NCBI GenBank assembly: GCA_937890765.1
Contig: CALADQ010000007.1
Coordinates: 125,880-157,879 of the forward strand
DNA length: 32,000 bases
Source of the DNA: an uncultured Candidatus Neoarthromitus sp.
GTDB lineage: Bacteria; Bacillota; Clostridia; Clostridiales; Clostridiaceae
Direction of reading: 5' to 3'
In this document: positions 24,756 to 32,000 of the stretch, piece by piece
Layout: each line of letters opens with the position of its first letter
How positions within the stretch are numbered: the stretch's first letter is position 1
Notes under the pieces: model-generated
The model's database searches: none
Told to the model about the DNA's origin: nothing
Seen by the model: only the letters and a program-made list of their open reading frames with translations
Program-made: the position numbers and the translations under genes

Positions 24756-26105
24756 TTGTTTATTAGAGATAAAGGATTTTATAAAAAAGTTTTGACAATT
24801 GCTATCCCTATAACACTTCAAAGTCTTATAACATTTGCAATTAATATGATGGACACTATTATGGTAGGTAGATTAGGAGAAATTACTTTGTCAGCTTCGT
24901 CTTTGTCGGGACAAGTATTTTTTATAACTACGATTTTGTGTTTTGGAATAGCAGGTGGAGGAGCAGTATTGTCTTCTCAATTTTGGGGGAGAAGGGATAG
25001 CAGATCTATTGCAAAAACTTTGTCGATAGTTCTTAAACTGAACATATTAGTTGGAATTATTTTTGCAATTTTATCTTTTGCAATTCCAGAATATTTGCTT
25101 AGATTTTATATTGACGTTCCAGAAGTTATACAAGCAGGGATTCCTTATTTGAAATTGGTTTCTGTAATGTATCCACTCTTTTGTATAACAACTTCCATTT
25201 CTGTTATTTTTAGAACAATTTCACAAATAAAAATTTCTGTTGTAGCAAACAGCGTAGCTTTTGTTCTAAATGTTTTCTTTAACTGGATTTTCATATTTGG
25301 AAAATTTGGAGCGCCAGCTTTAGGATTAGCCGGTGCGGCAATTGGAACAATTATAGCAAGATTAGTTGAATGTATAATAGTTGTTGTTTATTTATTTTGC
25401 GTTGACAAAAAAATTAAATTTACAATTAAAGATTTATTTGGATTTGATAAAGATATTTTCAAAAAATATTTGAAAACTGGAATAAATGTTTTGATTAGCG
25501 ATACTCTTTTGGTTGCTGGACTTACAAGTTTAACTATGATTTTAGGACGGTTGGGTCCTGAGATGGTTGCCGCAAATAGCATTTGCAATATTGTAATACA
25601 ACTTTCAACAATATCAATGGCAGGAATTGCGAGTTCATGTTTAGTTATAATTGGAAATTCAATTGGCGAAAGAAAGATAGATGTTGCGAGAGAACAATCT
25701 AGAACTTTTCTTTTAATATGTGTTATTGCAGGAATTGTTGCGGCCGTGGTTATAACTTTAACGAAACCTATAGCAATAAATTTTTACAACGTAACTCAAG
25801 AAACAAAAGATATAGCGTATAAACTTATGGATGGAGCGGCCTTTATAATAATGTTTCAAGTTCCTTCAATTGGTTTGACAAAAGGAATTTTAAGAGGTGG
25901 CGGAGATACAAAATTTTTATTGTTAGCAGATATTATATTTTTGTGGGTGTTATCCATACCATTGGGAATTTTGGCAGCGTTTGTTTTTAATTTTCCAGTG
26001 GCATTAATTTATATTTGTTTGAAGTTTGATGAAATAATTAAATTGGTTTGGTGTACGATAAGAATGTTTGGTAATAAGTGGATAAAAGATGTAACAGTAA
26101 CTTAA
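24756..26105 (+). CDS. MATE family efflux transporter
   Basis: GGGGGAG RBS, then TTG start. About 12 hydrophobic segments. The MATE-like N-terminus is 'ILTIAIPITLQSLITFAINMMDTIMVGRLGEITLSA'. Length 449 aa. Confidence 0.85.
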   Translation: MFIRDKGFYKKVLTIAIPITLQSLITFAINMMDTIMVGRLGEITLSASSLSGQVFFITTILCFGIAGGGAVLSSQFWGRRDSRSIAKTLSIVLKLNILVGIIFAILSFAIPEYLLRFYIDVPEVIQAGIPYLKLVSVMYPLFCITTSISVIFRTISQIKISVVANSVAFVLNVFFNWIFIFGKFGAPALGLAGAAIGTIIARLVECIIVVVYLFCVDKKIKFTIKDLFGFDKDIFKKYLKTGINVLISDTLLVAGLTSLTMILGRLGPEMVAANSICNIVIQLSTISMAGIASSCLVIIGNSIGERKIDVAREQSRTFLLICVIAGIVAAVVITLTKPIAINFYNVTQETKDIAYKLMDGAAFIIMFQVPSIGLTKGILRGGGDTKFLLLADIIFLWVLSIPLGILAAFVFNFPVALIYICLKFDEIIKLVWCTIRMFGNKWIKDVTVT

Positions 26106-26169
26106 AAAATTTTTAAAAGGGGGAAGTACTATTAAATTAATATTTAATTTCATTAAAATTGGAATTGTT

Positions 26170-26829
26170 TTGCTGATTTTGTTTTTTTTAAATGGGTTTT
26201 TTGTTTATAAAAATGTTGTTAAAACAATGCCTATAGATCAAAAACTTAAAGAGCTGAGTTCTAAAAACGATTATGTAGAAATACAAAACGTTTCAGATAG
26301 TTTGAAAAATTATTTTGTGAATGTTGAAGATAAAAGATTCTACAAACATAATGGAATTGATTTAATGGGAATAGCAGCATCGTTTATTAGTAATTTGAAG
26401 GAAGGTTATTACAAATACGGAGGTAGCACAATAACTCAACAGCTTGCAAAAAATTTGTATTTCAAAGATGGGCGAAAGACTTTAACGAGAAAAGTTGCAG
26501 AAATGTTTGTGGCATTTGAATTTGAACGTGAGTATTCAAAAGATAAAATTTTGGAAATGTATTTAAACATAATTTATTTTGGAAATGGATATTACGGAAT
26601 TAACGAAGCGAGTCATGGATATTTTGGGATTTCTCCAAAAGATTTAAATGAATATCAATCATCTTTACTTGTTGGAATACCTCAAGCTCCAAGTGTTTAT
26701 AACCTAAATGAAAAAGGAAATTCTTCCATGAAAAATAGGTACATGCAAGTTTTGAAAATTTTAACTAACAATGGAGTCATAACCAAAAACCAAGCTGACC
26801 AATTTAAGAAAATATATTTAGCATCATAA
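26170..26829 (+). CDS. Monofunctional peptidoglycan glycosyltransferase (GT51); the true start is probably upstream at ATT 26131
   Basis: GT51 motifs are 'EDKRFYKHNGID', 'GGSTITQQLAKNLYF', 'RKVAEMFVAFEFEREYSKDKILEMYLN' and 'GIPQAPSVYN'. The listed coordinates are the ORF-track TTG start. See the finding on the ATT start. Confidence 0.85.
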   Translation: MLILFFLNGFFVYKNVVKTMPIDQKLKELSSKNDYVEIQNVSDSLKNYFVNVEDKRFYKHNGIDLMGIAASFISNLKEGYYKYGGSTITQQLAKNLYFKDGRKTLTRKVAEMFVAFEFEREYSKDKILEMYLNIIYFGNGYYGINEASHGYFGISPKDLNEYQSSLLVGIPQAPSVYNLNEKGNSSMKNRYMQVLKILTNNGVITKNQADQFKKIYLAS

Positions 26830-26850
26830 TTTTTATTGTGATGCTTTTTT
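26821..26850 (+). terminator. Rho-independent terminator after the GT51 gene
   Basis: 10-bp stem GCATCATAAT (26821-26830) / ATTGTGATGC (26835-26844) with one G-U pair, 4-nt loop, T6 at 26845-26850. Confidence 0.6.
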
Positions 26851-26851
26851 G

Positions 26852-26860
26852 TGTTAAAAT
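26852..26860 (+). promoter_or_regulatory. Candidate extended -10 promoter for the SBP / NanE-like pair
   Basis: TGtTAAAAT at 26852-26860, immediately after the terminator. This is the same 9-mer as upstream of recJ. It lies inside the spurious N-terminal extension of the ORF-track ORF (26838). Confidence 0.4.
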
Positions 26861-26903
26861 GATAGAAAAAATTCAATTAAAAAATTTTGGAGTTAAAGTA
26901 AAT

Positions 26904-28166
26904 ATGATAAATAAATTTTTGAAAAATTTCGTTACGATGGTATTTGTTCTATTTGTTTTAATGTCCTGTTTGTCTGAAAGTAAAAGCAAAAATTCCAGTG
27001 AAATTTTTGAAGAACAATCTGTTATAAATTTATGGACTTCAAATTTGAAACCACGATTAGATAAATATATGAAATACGTTATCGAAAAATTTAAAAAAGC
27101 AAATCCTATGATTAAAATTAATTGGACGGATTTTTCTACTGAAGAAATGGTTTTGAATTTATATTCATCATGGCAAGAAAATAATTTGCCGGATATAGTT
27201 AGTTTTGATGCAAAAACTTTAATGAATGATATTAATGATGAATTGATTGTGGATTTATATAAATTTGATGACGAATTTTTAAATACGTTTTTCGAAGGAA
27301 TTTTAAAATCTTCTGAAAAAAATAATAGGCTACTTGGTGTTCCATGGTTTACGGATATAAAAGTTTTGTTTATAAACAAATCTATAATGGACATGTCAAA
27401 CATTGATGAAGAAAATTATCCAAAGAACGAAGATGAATTTTTAAATTTGATGAATGTTGTTAAAAATAATTCTGGGAAATTTGGTAGCGTTATTGAACCC
27501 GAGAGCATAAAAAATTTAATTTTCAACGGACTAAATGTTTTTGGAGAAAATGGACAAGTTTATATTCAAACGCCACAAATAATTGAACATTTTAAATCCC
27601 ATAAATCTAAATTTGAAAATATGGTTGTGCCAAATCAGTTTTTAAATTTTGATGATAAGATATTTTTGTATGCAAACAATGAAGTTGCAATGATAAAATC
27701 AAATTTTCAATTTATAAATAGCATAGAAAAAATATCAAAAGAAGTCTATGATAACACGGTCATTTTTCCAATTCCAGTTGGAGAAAATGATTTGCGTTAC
27801 ACCAATACGGTTTATTTGTCCGTAGTTGATAATGGAAAAAATGAAGAGCTAGCTATGAATTTTATAAAATTTATATTAAACGACCAAAATCAATTGGAGC
27901 TTTCAAACACAACAAATGTTTTGCCTGTTGTAAAAGAAACTTTCAAAAATGAAATTTCTAATGACGAAAATTCAAAAATTAACAAAGCAAAAAAAGTTGC
28001 ATTCGATAGTTTGAATAAAGGAAGGGATTTTATATACAACATAGAACACTATAATCAAATATCAAATATAGTTGAAAAATATTCCAGAAGTATTTATTTA
28101 GATGGTTTAGAAGTTGAAAGTGTACTAGGCAATGCACAACAAGAGATAAATAAATTTTATAATTAA
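26904..28166 (+). CDS. ABC-transporter-type extracellular solute-binding lipoprotein (family 1, sugar-type), with no cognate permease or ATPase nearby
   Basis: ATG 26904 has a GGAG RBS at 26889-26892. Lipobox is 'VLFVLMSC'. 'IEKFKKANPMIKINW', 'LPDIVSFD' and 'LGVPWFTDIKVLFINKSIM' are typical of sugar SBPs. Confidence 0.8.
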   Translation: MINKFLKNFVTMVFVLFVLMSCLSESKSKNSSEIFEEQSVINLWTSNLKPRLDKYMKYVIEKFKKANPMIKINWTDFSTEEMVLNLYSSWQENNLPDIVSFDAKTLMNDINDELIVDLYKFDDEFLNTFFEGILKSSEKNNRLLGVPWFTDIKVLFINKSIMDMSNIDEENYPKNEDEFLNLMNVVKNNSGKFGSVIEPESIKNLIFNGLNVFGENGQVYIQTPQIIEHFKSHKSKFENMVVPNQFLNFDDKIFLYANNEVAMIKSNFQFINSIEKISKEVYDNTVIFPIPVGENDLRYTNTVYLSVVDNGKNEELAMNFIKFILNDQNQLELSNTTNVLPVVKETFKNEISNDENSKINKAKKVAFDSLNKGRDFIYNIEHYNQISNIVEKYSRSIYLDGLEVESVLGNAQQEINKFYN

Positions 28167-28177
28167 GAGGTAAGCAT

Positions 28178-28837
28178 ATGATTGTTAATGAACTAGAAAA
28201 ACTTAAAAATTCTGTGATTGTTGATATTGATAATTTTAGAAATGAACATTTGAATGACAAAGAATTTATAAAATATGTTATAGATTTTTCAGAAAGAGGA
28301 GGAGCAAAAGGATTTTTGTCAAAGAGTTTGTCTAACTTAAACATTTTGAAAAAATTTACCTCTCTTCCTATCTTTGCAGAGATTGAAGAAAATTTTAACG
28401 ATATTCTAATTGCTAAGACTTACGATAATTTTAAAAAAATAGTTGACTTAAAACCAAATTTTATAATTATTGATATGTCAATATTTGAAGATAAATTTAA
28501 GGATTTGCAAAAGCTCGTTAAAGAATTAAGATTTAATTTTGATGGTGAATTAGTCGCACGAATTTCTACAAAGGAACAAGCTTTTGAAGCATACAGGTTG
28601 GGAATTGATGCACTTATGGTTGAAATTTTTGGATATTGTTTTGACGAATCAATTGTATTTGAAGTTTGTTCAGATATAAATATTCCTACAATAGCTAGTT
28701 TAAATTCGGTAGATTTTGATCAAGGAAAAAAACTTTTGGAAAATGGCGTGAATATTTTTGTTTTAGGAGAGGACGTTACGAATCCAAACGTCGTTATAAA
28801 ACGTTTCAGAAAAAATAGAAACTATACTTTTGTATAG
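28178..28837 (+). CDS. NanE-like (N-acetylmannosamine-6-phosphate 2-epimerase family) TIM-barrel protein, highly divergent
   Basis: AAGAGG RBS lies 11 nt after the SBP stop. It is collinear by eye with NanE. 'LKNSVIVDID' aligns with 'LKGGLIVSCQA', 'ERGGAKGFLSK' with 'GGAVGIRAN', 'LPIFAEIEENF' with 'LPIIGIIKRDY', and 'IPTIASLNSVD...FVLGEDVTNPNVVIKRF' with 'IPVIAEGRI...VVVGGAITRPQEITKRF'. Confidence 0.45.
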   Translation: MIVNELEKLKNSVIVDIDNFRNEHLNDKEFIKYVIDFSERGGAKGFLSKSLSNLNILKKFTSLPIFAEIEENFNDILIAKTYDNFKKIVDLKPNFIIIDMSIFEDKFKDLQKLVKELRFNFDGELVARISTKEQAFEAYRLGIDALMVEIFGYCFDESIVFEVCSDINIPTIASLNSVDFDQGKKLLENGVNIFVLGEDVTNPNVVIKRFRKNRNYTFV

Positions 28838-28853
28838 TTTCTATTTTTATTTT
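28816..28853. terminator. Bidirectional terminator between the convergent NanE-like and YitT genes
   Basis: TAGAAACTATAC (28816-28827) / GTATAGTTTCTA (28832-28843), 4-nt loop, then TTTTTATTTT. An A-run lies upstream for the opposite strand. Confidence 0.75.
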
Positions 28854-28856
28854 CAT

Positions 28857-29711
28857 TTATAGACGAAGTGAATAGTTTCCCATTATTTGTTCTTGTCGAT
28901 TTACTAAGACAAACGCATCTGGATCTTCTTGCTCAAGGACTCGTTTTAATTTTATAAATTCATATTTTGAAATGACCGTTATAATAATGTATGTGTCTGT
29001 ATCTGTGTATCCTCCTGTTCCTTTCCAATATGTTGCACCGCGTTTCAATTCTTCAACAATTTTCTTGTAAAGAACAGGGTTCTTAGTAAATATAGTTATG
29101 TTTTCATTTATATTTTGAGGATACGATTTATCTACGGCTAAAGAATAAATTGCTGTGAAAATTATTGAATAAATAGCTGTTGGCAAAGTAAATAGTAATG
29201 CACAAACTCCATATACAACAGCATTAAACAATAAAGCAAATTTTCCAACGCTAAACCCTTTAAATTTTTGTGTGAAGTACAATCCTAAAATGTCTATTCC
29301 TCCACCAGTTCCTCCGGATTTTAAAGTTATACCAACGCCAACTCCTGACAAAATACCACCCATTAAACACGCAACAAAATATTCATCGACAATGGGAGTT
29401 ACAGGTATTTTAATTATTGAAAAAAATATTGTTTGAGTTGCGATTCCGAAGAACGTTCCCCAAAACAATGGTTTTCCAAAATGGAAATATGCCAAAAATA
29501 GCAGAGGAATATTTATTATGAAGTTTATTATTCCAGCTATATCAAACTGTGAATTATTCATATTGAGGAGTGTACGAATAATTTGAGAAATTCCAACAGT
29601 TCCTCCATTGTACAAATTAGCAGGTACAAGGAAAAGATTTATACCAGCAGCAAATAGTAAAGAACCTAGCGTAATGAAACAATACTCACTAATTATTTTT
29701 TTGTTTTTCAT
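28857..29711 (-). CDS. YitT family membrane protein (DUF2179 C-terminal domain)
   Basis: 'FITLGSLLFAAGINLFLVPANLYNGGTVGISQI', 'GGTGGGIDILG' and the C-terminal 'RGATYWKGTGGYTDTDTYIIITVISKYEFIKLKRVLEQEDPDAFVLV' match the YitT/DUF2179 pattern. Confidence 0.85.
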   Translation of the reverse strand: MKNKKIISEYCFITLGSLLFAAGINLFLVPANLYNGGTVGISQIIRTLLNMNNSQFDIAGIINFIINIPLLFLAYFHFGKPLFWGTFFGIATQTIFFSIIKIPVTPIVDEYFVACLMGGILSGVGVGITLKSGGTGGGIDILGLYFTQKFKGFSVGKFALLFNAVVYGVCALLFTLPTAIYSIIFTAIYSLAVDKSYPQNINENITIFTKNPVLYKKIVEELKRGATYWKGTGGYTDTDTYIIITVISKYEFIKLKRVLEQEDPDAFVLVNRQEQIMGNYSLRL

Positions 29712-29887
29712 AAAATTCCCCTTACATTCTGAAGAGAATTAAAAACGTTTTACTTCTCTTAGATATTTTTTAAATTGTAAAGTTATATAGTACATACAAT
29801 CAATTAATATTAGAATTTAGTTATTAATATGATATAATTTGTTGTTTTACTGTTAACGTGTTTTTATCAAGCGATTTGTACATTTAA

Positions 29888-29916
29888 AATATAAAATTCA
29901 TAGCAAATTATGTCAA
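29888..29916 (-). promoter_or_regulatory. Near-consensus sigma-A promoter reading toward the YitT gene
   Basis: On the minus strand: TTGACA (complement of 29911-29916), exactly 17 nt, TATATT (complement of 29888-29893). The predicted TSS is near 29881, about 170 nt upstream of the ATG at 29711. Confidence 0.6.
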
Positions 29917-29946
29917 GTAAGATGATTAAATTTTTAAAATAATAAA

Positions 29947-29974
29947 GCCATACTTTCTAATGATGAAGTATGGC
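29947..29974 (-). terminator. Terminator of the rpiR-like / 170-aa operon
   Basis: GCCATACTT (29947-29955) / AAGTATGGC (29966-29974). On the minus strand it is followed by TTTATTATTTT. It lies directly after the stop of the 29977-30489 gene. Confidence 0.55.
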
Positions 29975-29976
29975 AA

Positions 29977-30489
29977 TTAATTTTTTATTGATGATATGAC
30001 AAGAATTTTTAAAACTTTATTTTCAAAAATATATTCTGTTATGTTATCTAAAATTTGTATGATTTCATCAAAATCTAAATCTAAATTCATGTATATATTT
30101 GTGTTTAAAATGTTTTTGGATTTTTTAAAATGATTTTTAGAATTTGAAAAATGATAATTGTTTAGATAAAGTAAATTTATAGAATTTATTAGTTTTAAAT
30201 TGTATTCAACGCTTAAAAAATCAATTAATTTTGGGTAAAGATTAAATAAAGAAGGATTGTAAAACACAAGGTTATTTATTTTTGTACCACAAAATTTTTT
30301 GTACCCTAAATTGTATTCACTTGCTGGAATATTTTTAAAAAATACTTTCACTTCAGAATTTTGGCTGAGTTTTGCAGCAGAAATTATGATATTTTCTATT
30401 TCTTCATTTTTGTAATCACAAGTTGAATTTTGAGGTTTAAGATTTTCATTTTGGATGATTCTTAATTTAGGTTTTTGATTGTTAGGCAT
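29977..30489 (-). CDS. Hypothetical protein (170 aa)
   Basis: GGAGA RBS 9 nt upstream of the ATG. The gene starts 75 nt downstream of the RpiR-like gene on the same strand. No recognisable motif. Confidence 0.55.
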   Translation of the reverse strand: MPNNQKPKLRIIQNENLKPQNSTCDYKNEEIENIIISAAKLSQNSEVKVFFKNIPASEYNLGYKKFCGTKINNLVFYNPSLFNLYPKLIDFLSVEYNLKLINSINLLYLNNYHFSNSKNHFKKSKNILNTNIYMNLDLDFDEIIQILDNITEYIFENKVLKILVISSIKN

Positions 30490-30564
30490 TATAAAATTTC
30501 TCCATATTTAATTGGTGTACAGATATATTTTATTTAAATGTTTGGTTAAGTATGAAAAGGGAAA

Positions 30565-31296
30565 TTATTTTTTGGAATTAGAAATTTCTATAATTTTAGA
30601 AATTAACAAATCTAAGAATACAAAATATAAACAATCTGAAGTGAGATTGAAATTTTTAAAAGTTTTGTTGTTGTCTATGTAAAAAAATATGTGTGAGTTG
30701 TCGTGAACTTCTTTAAAAAGTTTATCTGATATTGTAATTACGATTTTGTTGTTTAAAAATTTTAAAGTATTTTTAATTGATGATTCATCCAAATCTATTG
30801 AAATGTAAATTATTAAATCTACATTTTTATTTTTTGATAAATTTTTTGGAGTTGATGATGTTGAAATTTTAAAATTTAAATTTTTGAATTTTTGTTCTGC
30901 GTATTGAGAAATTATTTTTGAAGAATCAGAATGCAAAATACAAAATGAATTGTATTTTAAAATAAGATTTGCCATTTCGTTAATTTTAATTTCGTCAATC
31001 CTTTCTGTAAAAACAGAAAACACCTCTAATGAATTTTTAAAAATATAATTTGAAGAATCCATAGAACTTTTTGAGAAGTCTTTCAATATTGAAATTAAAT
31101 TTTCAAAATTATCTACATTTATTTTTTTGCAAAACTTATTTATGGAATATTCAGTTACATTTAATTTTAAACTAAGTTCCTTTAAGCTCATTTTCGACGC
31201 AAAAAAAGTGTTTGACGAAATAAATTCAAATATGTAAAGTTCCTTTTCAGATAAAGAACTTTTAAAATCATTGAACATATCTTTAAACAAACTCAA
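30565..31296 (-). CDS. RpiR/MurR-family transcriptional regulator (HTH + degenerate SIS-like domain)
   Basis: The N-terminal HTH_6-type pattern is 'LSEKELYIFEFISSN...ASKMSLKELSLKLNVTEYSINKFCKKI'. The C-terminal half has a SIS-like layout ('FCILHSDSSKII', 'DLIIYISIDLDESS', 'KIVITIS') but lacks the usual G.G.S motif. TTG start at 31296. Confidence 0.6.
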   Translation of the reverse strand: MSLFKDMFNDFKSSLSEKELYIFEFISSNTFFASKMSLKELSLKLNVTEYSINKFCKKINVDNFENLISILKDFSKSSMDSSNYIFKNSLEVFSVFTERIDEIKINEMANLILKYNSFCILHSDSSKIISQYAEQKFKNLNFKISTSSTPKNLSKNKNVDLIIYISIDLDESSIKNTLKFLNNKIVITISDKLFKEVHDNSHIFFYIDNNKTFKNFNLTSDCLYFVFLDLLISKIIEISNSKK

Positions 31297-31358
31297 GTTA
31301 TCACCACATTTTCAAAATTACTATGTAAAAGGATAACATACTGCATAACTAAAGTAAA

Positions 31359-31387
31359 TTTAAAAAATTTTTATGAAAAAATATAAT
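31359..31387 (+). promoter_or_regulatory. Candidate sigma-A promoter for the 31449 gene
   Basis: TTTAAA (31359-31364), 17 nt, TATAAT (31382-31387). Confidence 0.35.
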
Positions 31388-31448
31388 ATATTTACTTAAA
31401 GCTACGATAAATTAAAAAACTAGTTTTAATTTATAGGGAGATTTTGTT

Positions 31449-32000
31449 ATGAATATAAAAAGTATAAAGAACATTACAGGCATGATTAGCAAAAAAAGAT
31501 TTATAAGTGGTCTTTTATTAATTGGTGGAGTTGCTGCTGGAATTCTTGGAGCTAATATGGTAGCTAAAGCTAGCGAAGCAGTTGTTACTAGTAATCAAAA
31601 CAGAACGCGTTCAAATGATTTTTCTGCACAGTTAGCTGAAGTTGTGGTTCCATTAAGTAGCATAGAATCCGAAGATGAGCTTATAAATTTAGTTTTAGAA
31701 AGTGGAACTCAAGTTTTACTCGATGATTCTACAGGTAAAATGTATTTATGTTACGTAAATGAAGATTCTCAAGTTGAAATTGGAGAAATTGATGCAGATT
31801 CATTAAAAGAACTTTTACAACAAGAAATTGACAATATGGATGTTGAGCAAGAAGATTTTGCTTTGTATGGTTCAAGCGATTCATATATACCTAGAGAATA
31901 CTTAAGAGGTGGTTCTTCTCAAGGAAGAAAAAGATTGAAAAGCGAAGAAGGAAGACAAGCTATAGAAAATGCTAGAAAATTTAAACAATCTCAAAGATAA
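31449..32000 (+). CDS. Small secreted hypothetical protein (183 aa) with acidic core and basic C-terminal tail
   Basis: AGGGAG RBS. Signal peptide is 'KKRFISGLLLIGGVAAGILGANMVAKA/SEA'. The stop TAA is at 31998-32000, the window edge. No family recognised. Confidence 0.6.
   Translation: MNIKSIKNITGMISKKRFISGLLLIGGVAAGILGANMVAKASEAVVTSNQNRTRSNDFSAQLAEVVVPLSSIESEDELINLVLESGTQVLLDDSTGKMYLCYVNEDSQVEIGEIDADSLKELLQQEIDNMDVEQEDFALYGSSDSYIPREYLRGGSSQGRKRLKSEEGRQAIENARKFKQSQR

Noticed and set aside
26873-27403. 176-aa antisense ORF inside the SBP gene. Similar antisense ORFs occur at 24177-24596, 5315-5704, 12977-13264, 1066-1263, 3454-3839 and 6546-6788.
   Set aside because: These are fully embedded antisense to genes with clear family motifs. 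They lack RBSs and their products are Ile/Phe/Lys/Ser-rich nonsense. That is what the reverse strand of AT-rich coding DNA typically looks like.
29712-29881. YitT leader as a known riboswitch class (e.g. c-di-AMP, purine, SAM)
   Set aside because: The leader is almost pure A/U. It lacks the G/C-rich conserved cores I would recognise for those classes. There is no terminator-like hairpin followed by a U-run. It is kept only as an unclassified long leader.
1-32000. Search for CRISPR arrays, tRNA/rRNA genes, IS elements, integrases, phage or defence-system genes (nucleases, ATPases, toxin-antitoxin pairs)
   Set aside because: No regularly spaced direct repeats, no cloverleaf-capable G/C-rich segments, and no transposase, recombinase, helicase or nuclease motifs were seen in any of the supported ORFs. 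Intergenic regions are short and explained by promoters and terminators.

Overview
Very AT-rich, gene-dense chromosomal segment with the gene content and Shine-Dalgarno usage of a low-GC Firmicute. It looks Clostridia/Tissierellia-like; a Peptoniphilaceae-type anaerobe is only a guess and cannot be checked here. I support about 24 protein-coding genes. I saw no rRNA, tRNA, CRISPR array, transposase, integrase or phage gene.

Recognisable genes are the 3' end of an M16C/PreP-like peptidase, recJ, a soluble dual-PAS histidine kinase, murG, zapA, a CDF transporter, a MATE exporter, a monofunctional GT51 peptidoglycan glycosyltransferase, an ABC-type solute-binding lipoprotein, a NanE-like TIM-barrel protein, a YitT-family membrane protein and an RpiR/MurR-like regulator.

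The dominant feature is one third of the window (12183-22908). Two tightly linked genes there encode 1528-aa and 2043-aa secreted proteins built from about 100-aa Fn3-like modules. The modules are collinear, position by position, between the two proteins. Both end in a DUF4214-type C-terminal domain and neither has a classical Gram-positive wall anchor.

Secondary points of interest:
- A three-gene CotS (spore-kinase) family operon has one catalytically intact member and two degenerate paralogues, followed by a methyltransferase-like gene.
- An orphan solute-binding lipoprotein is coupled to a NanE-like protein whose catalytic positions appear substituted.
- An orphan PAS kinase sits between recJ and murG.
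- The GT51 gene probably uses a non-canonical ATT start.
- A near-consensus promoter with a roughly 170-nt leader precedes the YitT gene.

All family assignments come from by-eye motif recognition. No database search was possible.
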